From an uncultured virus (IMG/VR IMGVR_UViG_3300039171_000040) (taxonomy: Duplodnaviria; Heunggongvirae; Uroviricota; Caudoviricetes): 64,000 nt of DNA. Where the stretch lies: IMG/VR virus record IMGVR_UViG_3300039171_000040, positions 1-64,000 of that record; one strand, 5' to 3'. The position numbers and the translations under genes are program-made. Below the pieces are notes generated by a model, which saw only the letters and a program-made list of their open reading frames with translations, did no database searches and was not told where the DNA came from. This document shows, piece by piece, positions 60,390-64,000 of the stretch (position 1 is the first letter of the stretch; every line of letters starts with the position of its first letter).

Positions 60390-61343
60390 ATGGAACCCAT
60401 TAAATACGGGCGTAAGAAGAATGGTATCAAAGCCGAATTAACCAAAAAAGTTAATGATTGGCTAGACACTATTGATGACCCAGTAGTTCAGGAACTGGCA
60501 GCTAAAAATACCATTGTAACCGGTGGGTCAATTGCTTCGATGTTGCTTGGTGAGCAAGTAAACGATTATGACCTATATTTTCGTGATAAAGAAACGACAC
60601 TGGCTGTTGCTAATTATTATGTTAACAAGTTCAATGAGGCTCAATCTTTAAAAGTTGGTGACGGAGTAGTAGCATCGTGTTCGCCAGAAGTTAAAGAAGA
60701 CACTCTTAAAAATGCGAAAGGTGAACTAGAAGAACGTGTCCTTATCTGGCTACAGTCATCTGGTGTTGCTGGTGAAAATCAAGAGCAATACGAATACTTT
60801 GAAGGGAAACCACCAGAGGCAACACAAAAGTTTGTCGAGTCACTTGCTAAAAGTATGGATGATGTAGGCAAATCAAGTCATCGACCTGTGTTCTTGTCAG
60901 CAAATGCAATCACACTCTCTGACAAATTTCAGCTTGTGATTCGGTTCTACGGTGAGCCTTCTGAGATACACGACAACTACGACTTTGTTCATGCTATGAA
61001 CTACTATGACCATGGGGCAAAAGCTCTTGTATTGAAGCAAGAGGCTCTAGAATGCTTGCTTAGTCGAACGTTGGTCTATGCTGGTTCCCTATACCCTATC
61101 GCCTCGGTATTCAGAACCAAAAAGTTTATCGAACGGGGTTGGAGAATCTCGGCTGGTCAGCAGTTGAAAATGATGTGGCAGATTTCTGAATTGGATTTAA
61201 GGAACCCAGTTGTTCTAAGAGAACAGTTGACTGGTGTTGATCAGGCTTATATGCATCAATTAATTCAAGCTCTAAAGAATGTGGAGCCTGAAAAAATCAA
61301 TTCTACGTATGTAGCAGAAATCATTGATCGAATCTTTGATTAA
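60390..61343 (+). CDS. Pol-beta-superfamily nucleotidyltransferase-like protein
   Basis: TGGSIAS..NDYDLYF, NAITL and YDFVH motifs. Confidence 0.7.
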   Translation: MEPIKYGRKKNGIKAELTKKVNDWLDTIDDPVVQELAAKNTIVTGGSIASMLLGEQVNDYDLYFRDKETTLAVANYYVNKFNEAQSLKVGDGVVASCSPEVKEDTLKNAKGELEERVLIWLQSSGVAGENQEQYEYFEGKPPEATQKFVESLAKSMDDVGKSSHRPVFLSANAITLSDKFQLVIRFYGEPSEIHDNYDFVHAMNYYDHGAKALVLKQEALECLLSRTLVYAGSLYPIASVFRTKKFIERGWRISAGQQLKMMWQISELDLRNPVVLREQLTGVDQAYMHQLIQALKNVEPEKINSTYVAEIIDRIFD

Positions 61344-61362
61344 ATCCTAACTGGTGATGGGG

Positions 61363-61863
61363 TTATTCCCCATCACCAAAGTTTCCATGCAGCTTAACAA
61401 TGGCGTTGAAATGTTCTTTTGTGACGAAGTTCTTTTGATTCTCATTTTGTAACTTCATCATCTGTTTTTCTAGTTCGTGACTTTTTTCACGAGTAATGTC
61501 AATCTTTTTTTCTAAGTCCGTTATTAATACTTTTATCAGATTAATCTCACCAAATATAAAGTCTCTAAGTTCTTTGTTTTTATTGTCAATCGCGGAATAA
61601 ATCTCACTTATACGTTTGTCAAAGTGTTCTCTAAATTCTTTTAAGTCTTGTCTTGCCTCTGTTGATGTCTTATCTTGTGTAGTAACAATAGAATTTATCA
61701 TTTCTTTGGTTGACTCTTTAAGTGCGACAACCATTTTTTCAGCGGATTGTTGTGTTTTTGTTGACTGAGTGCGAGAATACCATATAGCAGGAGCTACCAG
61801 AGTAAAACACATCCCAAATATAATTGATACTATCTGCCATATTTCTAGTTGTTCTGCACCCAT
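61363..61863 (-). CDS. Late single-TM coiled-coil protein (holin/lysis candidate)
   Basis: TATAAATA on the minus strand at 61907-61914; one N-terminal TM, then coiled coil. Confidence 0.5.
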   Translation of the reverse strand: MGAEQLEIWQIVSIIFGMCFTLVAPAIWYSRTQSTKTQQSAEKMVVALKESTKEMINSIVTTQDKTSTEARQDLKEFREHFDKRISEIYSAIDNKNKELRDFIFGEINLIKVLITDLEKKIDITREKSHELEKQMMKLQNENQKNFVTKEHFNAIVKLHGNFGDGE

Positions 61864-61935
61864 AAGGATTGCCCACTATCTTTTATTGTGTTAGAATTTA
61901 TACTACTATTTATATACTTAGGAAACGAACTTATT

Positions 61936-62970
61936 ATGTTTCAAACGAAGCTCTATGTAGATGAGGCTTGGATGAAGCGATTGAGCTTAGGTCTTCTTCG
62001 TTTCAGGAAAGTCAAACCTAATGTTCATGTATGTCGGTGTCCATTTTGTGGTGACTCAAAGAAAAGCAGCACAATCACTCGATTCTTTTTGTATGTTAGA
62101 AAAGGATCATTGAATGTGCAGTGTAAAAATTGCAATTACTCTCGATCCTTTTATAACTTTGTGTTTGACTACGCACCACAACAATTTGAAGAATACAAAA
62201 AAGAAACACTACTCCATAGCTTCACAACAAAGAAAAAAGAAGTTCCTGTTAAAAAGACAACAAAACCATCTTTCAATACAGTCATAAACAAAAAAGAAGA
62301 AACTTCACTAACTGTTTTGACTAATACGGTAAATTGTGCTACCTTACCTGACAATCATCCTGCTATAACTTATTTATGTGAGCGAGGATTCAAAAAAGCT
62401 CAGATTGAACGGCTTTTGTATACCGATGATTTTAAATCGGTTTGTATGCAGTTAAGTAAAAGTTCGTCTAAGAATTTACTTGAAAACGAGCCAAGAATCG
62501 TGATACCTTTTTATGACGAACTTGGTAACATAAAATTGATTCAAGGCAGAGCTTTAAAGAAATCTAAGATGAAATACATCACCATCAAAACACATGATGA
62601 CGTGACAAAAATATACGGGTTGGAGAATTTGGATAAGACCAAAACAACCTACTGTGTTGAAGGGCCGCTTGATTCTTTGTTCGTAGATAACTGTCTTGCA
62701 ACATGTGATGCTAACCTAACAAGGTCAGATGCAGATGTTTTAATTTTTGACAATGAATCGCGTAACGAAAATATAGTAAAGCTCATTGATTCCGCCATAG
62801 ACCAAGGGCGATCTGTAGTGATCTGGCCAAACTCAACAGACAATAAGCAAGATATAAATGATATGATACAGTCTGGAATCTCACAAAAACTACTCATGGG
62901 AGTTATACGCAAAAGAACATTTAAAGGTTTGATGGCAAGACTAGAATTCAACAAATGGAAAAAGGTTTAA
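61936..62970 (+). CDS. gp61: DNA primase gp61
   Basis: RCPFCGDS..C.NC zinc finger; RIVIPF, QGRAL, VEGPLDSLF, FDNE.RN and DINDM motifs. Confidence 0.95.
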   Translation: MFQTKLYVDEAWMKRLSLGLLRFRKVKPNVHVCRCPFCGDSKKSSTITRFFLYVRKGSLNVQCKNCNYSRSFYNFVFDYAPQQFEEYKKETLLHSFTTKKKEVPVKKTTKPSFNTVINKKEETSLTVLTNTVNCATLPDNHPAITYLCERGFKKAQIERLLYTDDFKSVCMQLSKSSSKNLLENEPRIVIPFYDELGNIKLIQGRALKKSKMKYITIKTHDDVTKIYGLENLDKTKTTYCVEGPLDSLFVDNCLATCDANLTRSDADVLIFDNESRNENIVKLIDSAIDQGRSVVIWPNSTDNKQDINDMIQSGISQKLLMGVIRKRTFKGLMARLEFNKWKKV

Positions 62971-62971
62971 T

Positions 62972-64000
62972 ATGGCAGCATTACTAGAAGATGATAATGT
63001 CAAGTTAGAAGTTCTAAGATATAAACATGATAGTCTTTCAACGAGGCAGATCAGCCAATTGACAGGAATTGCAAAATCAACACTTAATGATTTTTTGTTG
63101 AAAAAGACATACATTAAATGGTGGGATGAGTACAGTGAAAAACCTGTAGCGTCTGGTAAATTGTCAGCATTGCACGAAGACATTGAAGTTTTGGGTGAAG
63201 GTGTTTACATTGCTATTTCTGCTCAGAACAACACGTTTGTGCATAACAAGTTTATGGACAGCTTAGAAGTGTTAGCGGGTGAAAGGAATGCACAAATTTT
63301 ATGTGGAACATTTACCTACAACACATCAGGGTTTCAGAACCTACAAAAAGGAACTGATTCAGAAGAGGTGTGGTATGATCCTCGGATTAAGAAGTATATC
63401 CTAGACAAGCCTATGATGCTCTGTAACGACCTTATGTGGTGTGGTGAACTCAACATACTACCTACAGCCGTAAACCCTCTCAGCGGTCTTCACAGCTACA
63501 CTCGTGCTGCTTCTGCTATAGTTCCTCATGCCAAATTGCAACTTGAGTCGATTCCAACACATAAATCACTCCCCGCGAAGATTATGTACACTACAGGTGC
63601 TGTGACAAAGCGAAACTATATTCAAAAGAAAGCTGGACAAAAGGCAGAGTTTCACCATGCTTTCAGTGCGCTTTTGATTGAGGTTGACAAAGAAGGGGAT
63701 TTCTTTGTTCGTCAGTTGAATGCAGAAACCAGTACAGGTTGCTTTTATGATCTGGACAAGTATTATACACCCAATGGAGTGTATAATTCTAATTATGTGG
63801 AAGCGATTAATTGGGGTGATCTGCATTCTGAGAAAAAAGATGTTGAAGTGTATGATCTGGCATTTGGTAGAAATTCAAACAGTATGATTGACACTCTGCG
63901 ACCTAAGTTTCAGTTTGCAAATGATCTTGCTGATTTCACCTCTAGGAATCATCACAGCATAGGTGATCCCTATTTTCGATTCAAGACACACACTCATGGA
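62972..64000 (+). CDS. HTH plus metallophosphoesterase-like protein, runs off window end
   Basis: Manual translation MAALLEDDNV..STRQISQLTGIAKST (HTH), SAQNNT, TTGAVT..NY..KAGQKAEFHH, WGDLH, NHH. Confidence 0.75.
   Translation, partial: MAALLEDDNVKLEVLRYKHDSLSTRQISQLTGIAKSTLNDFLLKKTYIKWWDEYSEKPVASGKLSALHEDIEVLGEGVYIAISAQNNTFVHNKFMDSLEVLAGERNAQILCGTFTYNTSGFQNLQKGTDSEEVWYDPRIKKYILDKPMMLCNDLMWCGELNILPTAVNPLSGLHSYTRAASAIVPHAKLQLESIPTHKSLPAKIMYTTGAVTKRNYIQKKAGQKAEFHHAFSALLIEVDKEGDFFVRQLNAETSTGCFYDLDKYYTPNGVYNSNYVEAINWGDLHSEKKDVEVYDLAFGRNSNSMIDTLRPKFQFANDLADFTSRNHHSIGDPYFRFKTHTHG

Noticed and set aside
1..64000. Alternative genetic code or stop-codon reassignment
   Set aside because: Core genes are full length under the standard code, and TAA, TAG and TGA are all used as stops.

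Overview
A 64-kb segment of a large lytic T4-like myovirus genome with low GC. The host is probably a Gram-negative gammaproteobacterium, inferred from the spanins, PagL-like gene and ArfA. Positions 1-25.8 kb are a leftward late morphogenesis block: terL with an intein, terS, gp15/14/13, GH108 endolysin, a VrlC/DUF4815-like giant protein, gp8, a mosaic tail-fibre region with a PagL-like gene, and gp7/6/25/5/hub/53/48/4. Positions 25.9-64 kb are mostly rightward early/accessory genes driven by repeated sigma70-type promoter cassettes. They are interrupted by a leftward late structural island (29.4-34.3 kb) and by late-promoter genes whose products carry T4-type capsid-targeting N-termini. This part also holds a CAT-anticodon tRNA, Rnl2, rIIA/rIIB, spanins, ArfA and primase gp61. 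Highlights: (1) a dispersed suite of 7-8 predicted capsid-packaged, injected effectors (ART-like, zeta-like kinase, BECR-like); (2) early promoters with the -10 box in the loop of a covarying inverted repeat; (3) two predicted lipid A remodelling barrels (PagL- and PagP-like); (4) a short ArfA lacking the C-terminal degron tail; (5) a Met-initiated class 3 intein in the TerL Walker A motif. All family assignments come from motif recognition only; no database searches were run.
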